DNA from: Eukaryota sp. TZLM1-RC
Lineage: Eukaryota; Protista; Metamonada: BaSk clade
Direction: 5' to 3'
Assembly: GCA_040285825.1 (NCBI GenBank)
Contig: JAUPSS010000003.1
Coordinates: 2,108,001-2,172,000 of the forward strand
DNA: 64,000 nucleotides
The translations under genes and the position numbers were made by a program. Shown here piece after piece: positions 12,262-25,412 of the stretch. The notes under the pieces were generated by a model. It worked only from the letters and a program-made list of their open reading frames with translations. It did not search any database and was not told the DNA's origin. Position 1 is the stretch's first letter; each line of letters begins with the position of its first letter.

Positions 12262-13465
12262 TATATGAAATACACAATTAAAACTCCACATCCTCAAAAC
12301 CTGCCTCCCCTACATCAAAACAATTAATTGCTAAAGATTCAGAAAATTTCCCAAAAGAAGATAGTGAATCAGAAATTAGTGTTACCATTCCCTTAAAAAT
12401 AGAAAATACAATCCTGTTTTGCCAGTAAACACGATTGAAAATTCTTCCAGTTCTTTCCTTTACAACTACAACAAAATCCTCAAGGAAAGCCATAGCAGCC
12501 TTACCTAGAGATCCAAGCAAAGAAAAAAACAAATGGACATAAATTATATTGGGCATGAGAATTTTCATTAACCGAGGAAATGGGTTTCGCATATTTAGCA
12601 ATTTTATATTTTTCGCCTGCAAGAAGAGGATTATTTACATCCGAGTTAATGAAATGTTCGTTAGAGGAATTACAAGGGTCAATAGACATGGCGTCCAAAA
12701 TAGTAAAACTACCATTTAAACCAGGAACAACTAGATCACCTCTAGTCAGACCCATAGAAGCTCTGTTGTAACGCGTACTATCAATATTGGGATCATCAAG
12801 AATTAATTTTGATAAAAGCGGTTCTAAAAAGGAATCTACTCGATATGATTTGCACATTACATAAATTTGGTCCCTGACGTTATTATGCACTTTGCTTCTA
12901 AACGTAATGAAATGTTTACAGTTCAAAAGATGAGTAAACAAAAGAGGTTTACCACATTTACAAGTTAAATGATTGGGCAAATTGTTTGGCCACAGAAAAC
13001 AACGAAAACGCATGTTGAGAAGCCATTCATTGTTTTTTTAACAAAAGTCCATAAACAGAGGGAACTTGAGTTACTAAAGCAGCAGCTGAACTATCACGAA
13101 TATCCTTTAAAAAATTACCAAAAGCGGGATTTTTAGTTTTGGCCAAGCCAAGTCTTACTTCATAATCCAAGCCTTCATATAATTTAACCAGATGGTGCTG
13201 AAGCTTTTTCAAGCAAAAACGTAAATTTGGAAGTGATCGGGTGGGAATTTCTTGAACATTTTGAGGAAAACACTGAATCCAGATATCACTAGGCAAATTT
13301 TCTAATTCAAATTGCAGTTGATTCAAGTAAAAATTTGATTCACCATTGATCAGATGAACATCAAAAGGGAACCTTTGGAAAAATTCAAAAACAAAATTTT
13401 TACCACCTCCCAAAAATGCTGCTTTACACAGAATCGAAGATTTGGTGAATCCAATGCCACCCAAA

Positions 13466-13496
<31 letters not shown>

Positions 13497-16113
13497 TTTT
13501 ATTCTAAACCTATAAATCAACATCCAAAAAAATCCATCTCTCCCAAAACAAAAACACTAGATGCAACTCTCTCATAGTGAGATCCAAGAGAAAGCAAAGC
13601 ATCAGAAACCATCTTCAACATCCCCTTAAAAATAGAAAACACTATTCTATTTTGCCAAAACAATCTGTTGAAATTTCTGCCAGTTCTTCTCTTTACAATC
13701 ATTTCAAAATCATCCAAAAACGTAAAGCAGTTGGTGCAAGTGAACCAAAAAGGGAAAATACAAATGGATACAAATTGTATTTTTGCATGCTGTAGACTGG
13801 CCAATTTGGACAAAGGTTCATTGTATTTTTTTGAATTTAAAATTTTCAGCATTTGAAAGGGGATTATGAATTTCAGAATTAACAAGCCTTTCATTTGAGG
13901 CATTACAAGGATCAACAGACATTACATCCAATAAAATAAAGCTTCCATCTAATCCAGGTAATATGACATCACCTCTATTATTCTTATGAAAATCATTTTC
14001 AGCATCAAACAGATTTGACAACAGAGGTTCCAAGAAGGATTCAATTCTATGAGATTTACACATACAATATAACTGGTCTCTCACAGCATCATGAACCTTG
14101 CTTCTAAAAGTAATAAAATGTTTACAATTTAACAAATGAGTAGTTGTAATTTCTCGAGAACATTTACAAATTAAATTATGAGGTAAATTATCAGGCCAGA
14201 TAAAGGAACGAAATCTCATATTCAGAGTCCAAGCAGAATCGGATAAGAGAATACCATAAACTTGTGGAATTGTTGTTACTAAGGCAGAAGAAGTACTGTC
14301 ACACATATCTTGTAAAAGATTTGCAAAAGCGGGATTCTTTTTCTTGGCCAAGCCAAGTCTAACATCAAAATCCAAGCTTTCAAAAATCTTTGACAATTTT
14401 TGTTGAAGCTTTTTACAGCAAAACTGTAAATTAAATAGAGATCGGTTTGGAATTTCTTGAATTGATTGAGGAAAGCATTTGGTCCAAATTTGTGGCGGTA
14501 ATTTTTCAAGTTCACAAGATAACTCATACAAATAGGGACTACAATTGGGGACTAACAGATGAGAATCATCAGGAAATCTACGAGAAAATTCATAAATAAA
14601 ATTTTTGCCACCACCCAAGAATGCTGATTGACACAAAATTGAAGATTTAGTAAAACCAATACCACCAAAATTTGCTGAAGAAAATAAATGGCTTTTCAAC
14701 ATTCCTGGTTCTACATCCAATAAATCAGCAAAAAATTCTGTTCTCAATGAATTAAAAGCACGACAAAAATCTAATGCTATGGAAGGAGCACAAGATCTCA
14801 AAATGTGGGTTATTCTCCCAGTGTAGCAAATTTTAAGCATAAAAAATTTAATATGCTTTTCTATATCTAAAGAAGAAATTGAATCAAGTTCAATTTTCAT
14901 TTTTTCCAAAATAACTTGCAATTCATTCTGAATTTGAGGCACATTTCCTAACCAACAACCAAGGAACTTAAAAGCATCACTACTATAATTAGTAAAAGGG
15001 ACAATAGAATCGTTTATCACGAGGTCTTGAGCAGAAGAGCCAATCAGAAGGCATTTGCTGGCATTAAGATGAAGCCCAATATTTTCATATGAATCGGCAA
15101 TTTCTTGAGCAACCAATTCTAGTAAATCAAATGAACCAATCAAGGATATATCATCCATATAAGCCACAATTTTTATAGAAGGGTATTTTTGCTTAATGAT
15201 ATTTAAAGTTTTGTGAATAGCTAAACAAAACAATAATGGACCTAAAGGGTCACCTTGCTTCACACCAGAAGATGATTTAAGAGCAAATGAATTAAAAATT
15301 AAATCTGATTCTTTACCATAAAAATGGTAGAAAAAACTCGATAACTCAGGAAAATCAGATTTAATAACTTCAAAAATTGCTTCTCGCTTTACAGAATTAA
15401 AAGCATTTTTAAAGTCGAGATTAAAAATAAAATTATTTTCCTCTGCATTAAAAAAGGTATCAGAGGCAATAGCAGCAACAGAAGCACCATCAATTGTTTT
15501 GATTCCAAATTGATGAGGATTTAAAAATGTAGAAGCTTTGTCTTTGACACGATCGAAGACAATTGATGCCAGCAAACGAGAAAGAGATTCACCAACAGCA
15601 ATTGGGCGTATTCCATCAGGTTTGATTCCGTTTCCAGGCTTTACTAAAGCAATCAGACGTGCTGCGAGCAATTCAAATGGAGGATTTATTTTCAAAACAA
15701 TTAATTGTTGAAAATAGTGGGCTAGATCCACCCAAATCTGCTGAACAAAATACATGACTTCGAATTAAAGATTCATTTACTTCTAATAAAGAAGAAAAAA
15801 ATTTAACTCGAAGTTTGTTAAAAGATCTGCAAAAATTGAGAGATACCGATGGGGGTGTTGACCTTAAAGTATGAGTGAATTTTCCGGAATAACAAATTTT
15901 TAAAATAAAAAATTTGATGTGTTTCTCAATGTCACATTCAGCAATAAAACTAAGATCCTTGTCAAACTTCTCCAATAAATTGTTTAACTGGGAATAAATT
16001 TCATCCAAATTGCCAAGCCAACATCCAAGAAACTTAAAAGCTTGTTGGTTATAATTGATAAAAGGAATCTGAGCTCCACCAATTATCAAAGATTGTTTTT
16101 CTCTACCAATCAA
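12262..16113 (-). mobile_element. 5'-truncated family B element split by an A insertion
   Basis: ORFs 12278..12622, 12501..13013, 13027..13464, with B sequence again at 15728-16113. Confidence 0.85.
13469..15727 (-). mobile_element. Young 5'-truncated family A element with 12-bp TSD ccacccaaatct
   Basis: ORF 13818..15755 (RT+RLE, 645 aa); long poly(T) at ~13468-13488; TSD 13457-13468 and 15728-15739. Confidence 0.92.
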
Positions 16114-17573
16114 GAAAGAAGAAATTGAATCAAGTTCAATTTTCATTTTTTCCAAAATAACTTGCAATTCATTCTGAATTTGAGGCACATTTCCTAACCA
16201 ACAACCAAGGAACTTAAAAGCATCACTACTATAATTAGTAAAAGGGACAATAGAATCGTTTATCACGAGCTCTTGAGCAGAAGAGCCAATCAGAAGGCAT
16301 TTGCTGGCATTAAGATGAAGCCCAATATTTTCATATGAATCGGCAATTTCTTGAGCAACCAATTCTAGTAAATCAAATGAACCAATCAAGGATATATCAT
16401 CCATATAAGCAACTATTTTTATAGAAGGGTATTTTTGCTTAATGATATTTAAAGTTTTGTGAATAGCTAAACAAAAAAATAATGGGCCTAAAGGATCTCC
16501 CTGCTTCACTCCAGAAGATGATTTAAGAGCAAATGAATTAAAAATTAAATCTGATTCTTTACCATAAAAATGGTAGAAAAAAACTCGATAGCTCAGGAAA
16601 ATCAGATTTAATAACTTCAAAAATTGCTTCTCGCTTTACAGAATTAAAAGCATTTTTAAAGTCTAGATTAAAAATAAAATTATTTTCCTCTGCATTAAAA
16701 AAGGTATCAGAGGCAATAGCAGCAACAGAAGCACCATCAATTGTTTTGATTCCAAATTGATGAGGATTCAAAAATGTAGAAGCTTTGTCTTTGACACGAT
16801 CGAAGACAATTGATGCCAGCAAACGAGAAAGAGATTCACCAACAGCAATTGGGCGTATTCCATCAGGTTTGATTCCGTTTCCAGGCTTTACTAAAGCAAT
16901 CAGACGTGCTGCGAGTAATTCAAATGGAGGATTAATTTTCAAAACAATTAATTGTTGAAAATTTTTTTTTAATTTATTTATTTTTAAAACTGGAATAATA
17001 TGTTGAAAATAGTGGGCTAGATCATCAGCAATTTCGGGAGCACTGGAACACGCTATTTTTAAGAGATCAAAAGAAATTCCAGATGGGCCTGCTGCTTTCC
17101 CCTTAGGTAATTTTTGAATAGCTTTAAGAACTTCAATTGCAGCAATAGGATTTTCAATCCAAAAAGGACACACATCAGGCTTGCTGCACTTGAAATTTTC
17201 TTGAGGATGCAACTTTTGAAGTTTTTCAAGGGTATCAGAGTTTGCATCAGCCAAAGAAGAGGAAAACAAAGACTGCTTTGCGGCACCATAACGACCACGT
17301 AAGCACAATTTTCGGCAAATTTTTGATTTTACAATTTTTCTATTTCCAAATTTTTTCTTAAAACAATTTTTGTTTTTTCTAGCAAAATATTTCCAGAAGG
17401 ATGAAATATTCCACTTATTATTTTTCAATTCAGAAGTAAAATTTCTCATTTCCATTGAGAAGGGGATTGTGCTGGCGGGACTTATTTCTACTGGGATCCG
17501 GATCGGGGGTCTTACGGTATCAACGGCTTTACAATTCGTACAAAACAGAAGTTTTCGACCATTTCGTGAATCT
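16114..17573 (-). mobile_element. Family A RT region (host of the B insertion on its left and a composite A insertion on its right)
   Basis: ORFs 15673..16620 and 16559..17455; resumes at 18898 after TSD tttcgtgaatct (17562-17573 and 18898-18909). Confidence 0.85.
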
Positions 17574-20122
17574 TTTTTTTATTTAAATTTAATTTTATTC
17601 AAAACCTATAAATCAACATCTAAAAAATCCATCTCTCCCAAAACAAAAACACTAGATGCAACTCTCTCATAGTGAGATCCAAGAGAAAGCAAAGCATCAG
17701 AAACCATCTTCAACATCCCCTTAAAAATAGAAAACACAATTCTATTTTGCCAAAACAATCTGTTGAAATTTCTCCCAGTTCTTCTCTTTACAATCAACTC
17801 AAAATCATCCAAAAAACGTAAAGCAGTTGGTGCAGGTGAACCAAAAAGGGAAAATACAAATGGATACAAATTGTATTTTGCATGTTGTAGACTGGCCAAT
17901 TTGGACAAAGGTTCATTGTATTTTTTGAATTTAAAATTTTCAGCATTTGAAAGGGGATTATGAATTTCAGAATTAACAAGCCTTTCATTTGAGGCATTAC
18001 AAGGATCAACAGACATTACATCCAATAAAATGAAGCTTCCATCTAATCCAGGTAATATGACATCACCTCTATTATTCTTATGAAAATCATTTTCAGCATC
18101 AAACAGATTTGACAACAGAGGTTCCAAGAAGGATTCAATTCTATGAGATTTACACATACAATATAACTGGTCTCTTACAGCATCATGAACCTTGCTTCTA
18201 AAAGTAATAAAATGTTTACAATTTAACAAATGAGTAATTGTAATTTCTCACCTCTATTGATTGAGGAAAACATTTGTATTTTTTGAATTAAAAATTTTCA
18301 GCATTTGAAAGGGGATCTTTAGCAATTAATTGTTTTGATGTAGGGGAGGCAGGTTTTGAGGATGTGGAGTTTTAATTGTGTATTTCATATTTGTTGTTGA
18401 ATAAAAATAAAAAGAAATTTAAACAAAAAAAATCCAGGTAATATAACATCAACTCTATTATTCTTATGAAAATCATCTTCAGCATCAAACAGATTTGACA
18501 ACAGAGGTTCCAAGAAGGATTCAATTCTATGAGATTTACACATACAATATAACTGGTCTCTTACAGCATCATGAACCTTGCTTCTAAAAGTAATAAAATG
18601 TTTACAATTTAACAAATGAGTAGTTGTAATTTTTCGAGAACATTTACAAATTAAATTATGAGGTAAATTATCAGGCCAGATAAAGGAACGAAATCTCATA
18701 TTCAGAGTCCAAGCAGAATCGGATAAGAGAGTACCATAAACTTGTGGAATTGTTGTTACTAAGGCAGAAGAAGTACTGTCACACATATCTTGTAAAAGAT
18801 TTGCAAAAGCAGGATTCTTTTTCTTGGCCAAGCCAAGTCTAACATCAAAATCCAAGCTTTCAAAAATCTTTGACACTTTTTGTTGAATCTGCAAATCTTT
18901 CGTGAATCTGCAACATCTTTTTTGCAAAATGGACAACAAAAATTACTGTTTTCAGAAGGGGAAGAAGAGGGAACACTAGAAGCATTTAACTGTTGATCGT
19001 CAGAAACATTATTTTCAGCACCTTTCACAACGGCAACAGCTGGAACAGAACATTTGAGAATTTGTTGAGCAGATTTTAATTCAAATTCACCTCTATTTTT
19101 TTTTACAAAATTTTAATTTTATTCAAAACCTATAAATCAACATCTAAAAAATCCATCTCTCCCACAACAAAAACACTAGATGCAACTCTCTCATAGTGAG
19201 ATCCAAGAGAAAGCAAAGCATCAGAAACCATCTTCAACATCCCCTTAAAAATAGAAAACACAATTCTATTTTGCCAAAACAATCTGTTGAAATTTCTCCC
19301 AGTTCTTCTCTTTACAATCAATTCAAAATCATCCAAAAAACGTAAAGCAGTTGGTGCAAGTGAACCAAAAAAGGAAAATACAAATGGATACAAATTGTAT
19401 TTTTGCATGTTGTAGACTGGCCAATTTGGACAAAGGTTCATTGTATTTTTTTGAATTTAAAATTTTCAGCATTTGAAAGGGGATTATGAATTTCAGAATT
19501 AACAAGCCTTTCATTTGAGGCATTACAAGGATCAACAGACATTACATCCAATAAAATGAAGCTTCCATCTAATCCAGGTAATATGACATCACCTCTATTA
19601 TTCTTATGAAAATCATTTTCAGCATCAAACAGATTTGACAACAGAGGTTCCAAGAAGGATTCAATTCTATGAGATTTACACATACAATATAACTGGTCTC
19701 TTACAGCATCATGAACCTTGCTTCTAAAAGTAATAAAATGTTTACAATTTAACAAATGAGTAGTTGTAATTTTTCGAGAACATTTACAAATTAAATTATG
19801 AGGTAAATTATTAGGCCAGATAAAGGAACGAAATCTCATATTCAGAGTCCAAGCAGAATCGGATAAGAGAGTACCATAAACTTGTGGAATTGTTGTTACT
19901 AAGGCAGAAGAAGTACTGTCACACATATCTTGTAAAAGATTTGCAAAAGCGGGATTCTTTTTCTTGGCCAAGCCAAGTCTAACATCAAAATCCAAGCTTT
20001 CAAAAATCTTTGACAATTTTTGTTGAATCTGCAAATCTTTTTTTTCTCCCTCCCTTAGTCAACCCTCTCATATTTCACTTTCTGTCAAGGCGTCAAAGTC
20101 TTACTGTTTCTCTGTCAAAACG

Positions 20123-22195
20123 ATGCCATTGGCTGATAGTGACTCTGATACTGATTGGAACTCCCGAGTAAAGATTCTACCAGTCAGATCAAGCTCATCC
20201 TCTTCACTTCCCCACTCTCCCCACAATACAAGCTATGCTCGAAATTCATCTCAAAAAAATTTTCATTCAAAAACTGATCATTGTACCAGAAAAAACACAC
20301 AAAAACCACAATTACGATCCTTACGTTCTGTTGCGCGTTCCATTGACAACTCTTTTTCTCGAAATTTGTTTGCTCCAGCTGAAATTGGAAAAAGTCAAAA
20401 ATCTATTTCTACTTTTAACTCACCAATTGACAAAATAGAAATAACAGAAAAAATAAAACCTTTACCATTAAAAGGTTCTAAAAAATGTTCGATTTGTGGT
20501 ATCAGTGGTCATAATTTGAGAACATGCCCTGAAAAACAAAAAAGAGAAATTGAATTAAAATCTGCTCAACAAATTCTTGAATGTTCTGTTCCAGCTGATG
20601 CCGTTGTGAAAGGTGCTGAAAATAATGTTTCTGACGATCAACATTTAAATGCTTCTAGTGCTCACTCTTCTTCCCCTTCTGAAAACAGAAATTTTTGTTG
20701 TCCATTTTGCAAAAAAGATGTTATAGATTCAAGAAATGGTCGAAAACTTCTGTTTTGTACGAATTGTAAAGCCGTTGATACCGTAAGACCCCCGATCCGG
20801 ATCCCAGTAGAAATTAGCCCCGCCAGCACAATCCCCTTCTCAATGGAAATGAGAAATTTTACTTCTGAATTGAAAAATAATAAGTGGAATATTTCATCCT
20901 TCTGGAAATATTTTGCTCGAAAAAACAAAAATTGTTTTAAGAAAAAATTTGGAAATAGAAGAATTGTAAAATCAAAAATTTGCCGAAAATTGTGCTCACG
21001 TGGTCGTTATGGTGCCGCAAAGCAGTCCTTGTTTTCCTCTTCTTTGGCTGATGCAAACTCTGATACCCTTGAAAAACTTCAAAAGTTGCATCCTCAAGAA
21101 AATTTCAAGTGCAGCAAGCCTGATGTGTGTCCTTTTTGGATTGAAAATCCTATTACTGCAATTGAAGTTCTTAAAGCTATTCAAAAATTACCAAAGGGGA
21201 AAGCAGCAGGCCCATCTGGAATTTCTTTTGATCTCTTAAAAATAGCATGTTCCAGTGCTCCTGAAATTGCTGATGATCTAGCCCATTATTTTCAACAATT
21301 AATTGTTTTGAAAATTAATCCTCCATTTGAATTACTCGCTGCACGTCTGATTGCTTTAGTAAAGCCTGGAAACGGAATCAAACCTGATGGAATACGCCCA
21401 ATTGCTGTTGGTGAATCTCTTTCTCGTTTGCTAGCATCAATTGTCTTCGATCGTGTCAAAGACAAAGCTTCTACATTTTTGAATCCTCATCAATTTGGAA
21501 TCAAAACAATTGATGGTGCTTCTGTTGCTGCTATTGCCTCTGATACCTTTTTTAATGCAGAGGAAAATAATTTTATTTTTAATCTCGACTTTAAAAATGC
21601 CTTTAATTCTGTAAAGCGAGAAGCAATTTTTGAAGTTATTAAATCTGATTTTCCTGAGCTATCGAGTTTTTTTTACCATTTTTATGGGAAAGAATCGGAT
21701 TTAATTTTTAATTCATTTGGTCTTAAATCATCTTCTGGTGTGAAGCAAGGTGATCCTTTGGGCCCGTTATTATTTTGTTTAGCTATTCACAAAACTTTAA
21801 ATATCATTAAGCACAAATACCCTTCTATAAAAATAGTTGCTTATATGGATGATATATCCTTGATTGGTTCATTTGATTTACTAGAATTGGTTGCTCAAGA
21901 AATTGCCGATTCATATAAAAATATTGGGCTTCATCTTAATGCCAGCAAATGCCTTCTGATTGGATCTTCTGCTCAAGATCTCGTGATAAACGATTCTATT
22001 GTCCCTTTTACTAATTATAGTAGTGATGCTTTTAAGTTCCTTGGTTGTTGGTTAGGAAACGTGCCTCAAATTCAGAATGAATTACAAGTTATTTTGGAAA
22101 AAATGAAAATTGAACTTGATTCAATTTCTTCTTTAGATATAGAAAAACATATTTATTTATATTTATTTCTTCAGAAGATTGCCTTGGTTTATTGA
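20123..22195 (+). CDS. Family A polyprotein, N-terminus through RT (truncated by the C insertion)
   Basis: 690 aa: CCHC knuckle CSICGISGHNLRTC, CPFC..CTNC motif, KAAGPSG, RPIAV, DFKNAFNS, QGDPLG, YMDD. Confidence 0.9.
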   Translation: MPLADSDSDTDWNSRVKILPVRSSSSSSLPHSPHNTSYARNSSQKNFHSKTDHCTRKNTQKPQLRSLRSVARSIDNSFSRNLFAPAEIGKSQKSISTFNSPIDKIEITEKIKPLPLKGSKKCSICGISGHNLRTCPEKQKREIELKSAQQILECSVPADAVVKGAENNVSDDQHLNASSAHSSSPSENRNFCCPFCKKDVIDSRNGRKLLFCTNCKAVDTVRPPIRIPVEISPASTIPFSMEMRNFTSELKNNKWNISSFWKYFARKNKNCFKKKFGNRRIVKSKICRKLCSRGRYGAAKQSLFSSSLADANSDTLEKLQKLHPQENFKCSKPDVCPFWIENPITAIEVLKAIQKLPKGKAAGPSGISFDLLKIACSSAPEIADDLAHYFQQLIVLKINPPFELLAARLIALVKPGNGIKPDGIRPIAVGESLSRLLASIVFDRVKDKASTFLNPHQFGIKTIDGASVAAIASDTFFNAEENNFIFNLDFKNAFNSVKREAIFEVIKSDFPELSSFFYHFYGKESDLIFNSFGLKSSSGVKQGDPLGPLLFCLAIHKTLNIIKHKYPSIKIVAYMDDISLIGSFDLLELVAQEIADSYKNIGLHLNASKCLLIGSSAQDLVINDSIVPFTNYSSDAFKFLGCWLGNVPQIQNELQVILEKMKIELDSISSLDIEKHIYLYLFLQKIALVY

Positions 22196-23379
22196 CCAAA
22201 TTTTTCAACCAAATATTATCTGGTCAACGCAAGTACCCAGAAGAATTAAGAAGTTCTCGTTTGACTGCACTTGTCAAAAATTCAAAAATGGATGTTCGTC
22301 CTATTGCAGTCTCTGAGAGCTTACATAATATTTTTTCTGCGTGTTGCTTAAGCAGGTTCAATGAAAAAGCTAAAAAGATTTTATTACCCTTTCAATATGG
22401 TATAAATACTACAGATGGAGTCTCTTCAGCGATTTTTGCTACTGATGTCTTATTTCGTCAAAATGAATCCAATGTTTGCATGTCATTGGATTTTAGTAAT
22501 GCTTTCAATTCGCTAAGTCGTCGCAGTATCCATGGTGCTCTATTGCAATATATGCCAGAATTAATACCATATTTTCAATCAACATATTGCACATATTCTA
22601 ATTTACATTTTGGTAACAACATTTTGATTTCATCAAGTGGCGTAAAGCAAGGAGATCCGTTAGGACCTCTTTTGTTTTGTTTGGCCATTCATCCTATTCT
22701 ACTGCAAATTCAAGAGATGTTTCCTTCACTAAAAATGATTGCATATATGGATGATGTTGTGCTTATTGGTGATTTAAATATTGTGAAAAAAGCAACTGTA
22801 TGTTTTAAAGAATTATTTACCAAAATTGGTCTCCGACTTAATTTACTTAAGTGTGTTTTGTTATCGAATTCTCCAGTTTCCACAATAATTGATGATATTG
22901 AAATTCAAGCCAAATTATATTCAATTGATGCTATTCGTCATTTGGGTTCGTTTTTAGGAAATAATGATGAAATTACCAAAAAATTGTTTGAAAAGTTGAA
23001 CTCAATTTCTGACAAAATTGACCGAATGATGAATTTAGATATAAAAAAACACATCAAATTTACCATTATAAGACTGTGTTTTAGTTCCAATTTGAATCAT
23101 ATATTTCGATCTACAAATCCTCTCGTCACTAGACCTTTGGCTCAAAAGTTTAATGAGTTACGTGCAAAAGTTCTGTCTCAATTACTGGGATGTAAAATGT
23201 TTCAAATTCCAGATCATGCTTACCTTAGTCCACAATATGGTGGTTTAGGGTGGACGAAGGCGTCTATTCTTACCTCGTGTGCTTTTGTTGGTGGATGCAG
23301 AAATGCAATCTTTGAAAGAAAAATGTATTTGTTCGAATTCACCTCAACTCACTTTGCGCCATGCTCTAAATTGCTCTAA
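22192..23379 (+). CDS. Family C reverse transcriptase fragment
   Basis: 395 aa with LDFSNAFNS, QGDPLGPLLF, YMDD, GGLG. Confidence 0.88.
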   Translation: MTKFFNQILSGQRKYPEELRSSRLTALVKNSKMDVRPIAVSESLHNIFSACCLSRFNEKAKKILLPFQYGINTTDGVSSAIFATDVLFRQNESNVCMSLDFSNAFNSLSRRSIHGALLQYMPELIPYFQSTYCTYSNLHFGNNILISSSGVKQGDPLGPLLFCLAIHPILLQIQEMFPSLKMIAYMDDVVLIGDLNIVKKATVCFKELFTKIGLRLNLLKCVLLSNSPVSTIIDDIEIQAKLYSIDAIRHLGSFLGNNDEITKKLFEKLNSISDKIDRMMNLDIKKHIKFTIIRLCFSSNLNHIFRSTNPLVTRPLAQKFNELRAKVLSQLLGCKMFQIPDHAYLSPQYGGLGWTKASILTSCAFVGGCRNAIFERKMYLFEFTSTHFAPCSKLL

Positions 23380-23997
23380 ATTGATAACTTATCGTTCTTC
23401 ATTACATGATGCTGTTAGAGACACTGTTTTCAATATGGCACAAACTGCAAGGATATCGTGTATCAAAGAGCCCCTGCTGAAAGAAACACTTTCTCTGAAT
23501 AATTTTGGTTCTGATGATAGAGGTGATGTATACTGTGATTGGATTGATAATTCTGAAGCTATTGTTGACTTTGTCTCATGTAATGTTGCAAACGATACTT
23601 TGGTTCACAGAAGAAAACTTAATCCTGTGGCTGCTCTGGATTTTTAAAGCAAAAGAAAAACATAGAAAATATGATAAAGAAATTGAAGATGCAAATATCG
23701 ATAGAAATACACAGCTGGTTTTTATTGCTTTTCCATTTTCGATAAATGGAAGATTATCAGTTGAAGCAGAAACTTTTTTTGGATGACTTCCAAAAAAATG
23801 GTGAAAGAAAAAACAATGAAAAGATTTGATATTTTTTTATGGCGTTCACGGATTCAATTTGCCATTATTAATAGATTACCGCGGTTTTTCAATCGAATTA
23901 GAGAAGCTTTAGCTAGACAGCAAGCAAATCAAGATTTTGTAGAGGAAATCTTGGTTTAATGATAGTCGTCCCATTAGTTATGATTTAATTTAATCAA

Positions 23998-25377
23998 GTG
24001 TGCAAATTCAATAAATTAACTTATATAAAAAAACATATTAAATTTTTCATGCTTAAAATTTGCTACAATGGGAGAATAACCCACATTTTGAGATCTTGTG
24101 CTCCTTCCATAGCATTAGATTTTTGTCGTTCTTTTAATTCATTGAGAACAGAATTTTTTGCTGATTTATTGGATGTAGAACCAGGAATGTTGAAAAGTCA
24201 CTTATTTTCTTCAGCAAATTTGGGTGGTATTGGATTTACTAAATCTTTAATTTTGTGTCAATCAGCATTCTTGGGTGGTGGCAAAAATTTTATTTATGAA
24301 TTTTCTCGTAGATTTCCTGATGATTCTCATCTGTTAGTTCCCAATTGCAGTCCTTATTTGTATGAGTTATCTTGTGAACTTGAAAAATTGCCGCCACAAA
24401 TTTGGACCAAATGTTTTCCTCAATCAATTCAAGAAATTCCAAACCGATCTCTTTTTAATTTACAGTTTTGCTGTAAAAAGCTTCAACAAAAATTGTCAAA
24501 GATTTTTGAAAGCTTGGATTTTGATGTTAGACTTGGCTTGGCCAAGAAAAAGAATCCCGCTTTTGCAAATCTTTTACAAGAGATGTGTGACAGTACTTCT
24601 TCTGCCTTAGTAACAACAATTCCACAAGTTTATGGTACTCTCTTATCCGATTCTGCTTGGACTCTGAATATGAGATTTCGTTCCTTTATCTGGCCTGATA
24701 ATTTACCTCATAATTTAATTTGTAAATGTTCTCGAAAAATTACAACTACTCATTTGTTAAATTGTAAACATTTTATTACTTTTAGAAGCAAGGTTCATGA
24801 TGCTGTAAGAGACCAGTTATATTGTATGTGTAAATCTCATAGAATTGAATCCTTCTTGGAACCTCTGTTGTCAAATCTGTTTGATGCTGAAGATGATTTT
24901 CATAAGAATAATAGAGGTGATGTTATATTACCTGGATTAGATGGAAGTTTCATTTTATTGGATGTAATGTCTGTTGATCCTTGTAATGCCTCAAATGAAA
25001 GGCTTGTTAATTCTGAAATTCATAATCCTCTTTCAAATGCTGAAAATTTTAAATTCAAACAATACAATGAACCTTTGTCCAAATTGGCCAGTCTACAGCA
25101 TGCAAACTACAATTTGTATCCATTTGTATTTTCCCTTTTTGGTTCACTTGCACCAACTGCTTTACGTTTTTTGGATGATTTTGAAATGATTGTAAAGAGA
25201 AGAACTGGCAGAAATTTCAACAGATTGTTTTGGCAAAATAGAATTGTGTTTTCTATTTTTAAGGGGATGTTGAAGATGGTTTCTGATGCTTTGCTTTCTC
25301 TTGGATCTCACTATGAGAGAGTTGCATCTAGTGTTTTTGTTTTGGGAGAGATGGATTTTTTAGATGTTGATTTATAG
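23998..25377 (+). CDS. Family A C-terminal half (thumb, CCHC finger, RLE)
   Basis: GGIG, CKC..HLLNC..HDAVRD, RGD..LDV..AENFKFKQY. Confidence 0.88.
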   Translation: MCKFNKLTYIKKHIKFFMLKICYNGRITHILRSCAPSIALDFCRSFNSLRTEFFADLLDVEPGMLKSHLFSSANLGGIGFTKSLILCQSAFLGGGKNFIYEFSRRFPDDSHLLVPNCSPYLYELSCELEKLPPQIWTKCFPQSIQEIPNRSLFNLQFCCKKLQQKLSKIFESLDFDVRLGLAKKKNPAFANLLQEMCDSTSSALVTTIPQVYGTLLSDSAWTLNMRFRSFIWPDNLPHNLICKCSRKITTTHLLNCKHFITFRSKVHDAVRDQLYCMCKSHRIESFLEPLLSNLFDAEDDFHKNNRGDVILPGLDGSFILLDVMSVDPCNASNERLVNSEIHNPLSNAENFKFKQYNEPLSKLASLQHANYNLYPFVFSLFGSLAPTALRFLDDFEMIVKRRTGRNFNRLFWQNRIVFSIFKGMLKMVSDALLSLGSHYERVASSVFVLGEMDFLDVDL

Positions 25378-25412
25378 GTTTTGAATAAAATTTAAATTTT
25401 GGTAAAAAAAAA

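Larger units (their letters stand above)
17724..24040 (+). repeat. Segmental duplicate of ~1-8840
   Basis: Same order of idiosyncratic junctions; ORF 40..240 is identical to 17763..17963; ATG 3538 corresponds to 20123. Confidence 0.9.
20041..25412 (+). mobile_element. Full-length family A element with family C insertion (22154-24028)
   Basis: 5' end ~20041, stop 25377, A-tail ~25404-25412; TSD aaaaacatatt at 22143-22153 and 24029-24039. Confidence 0.9.
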
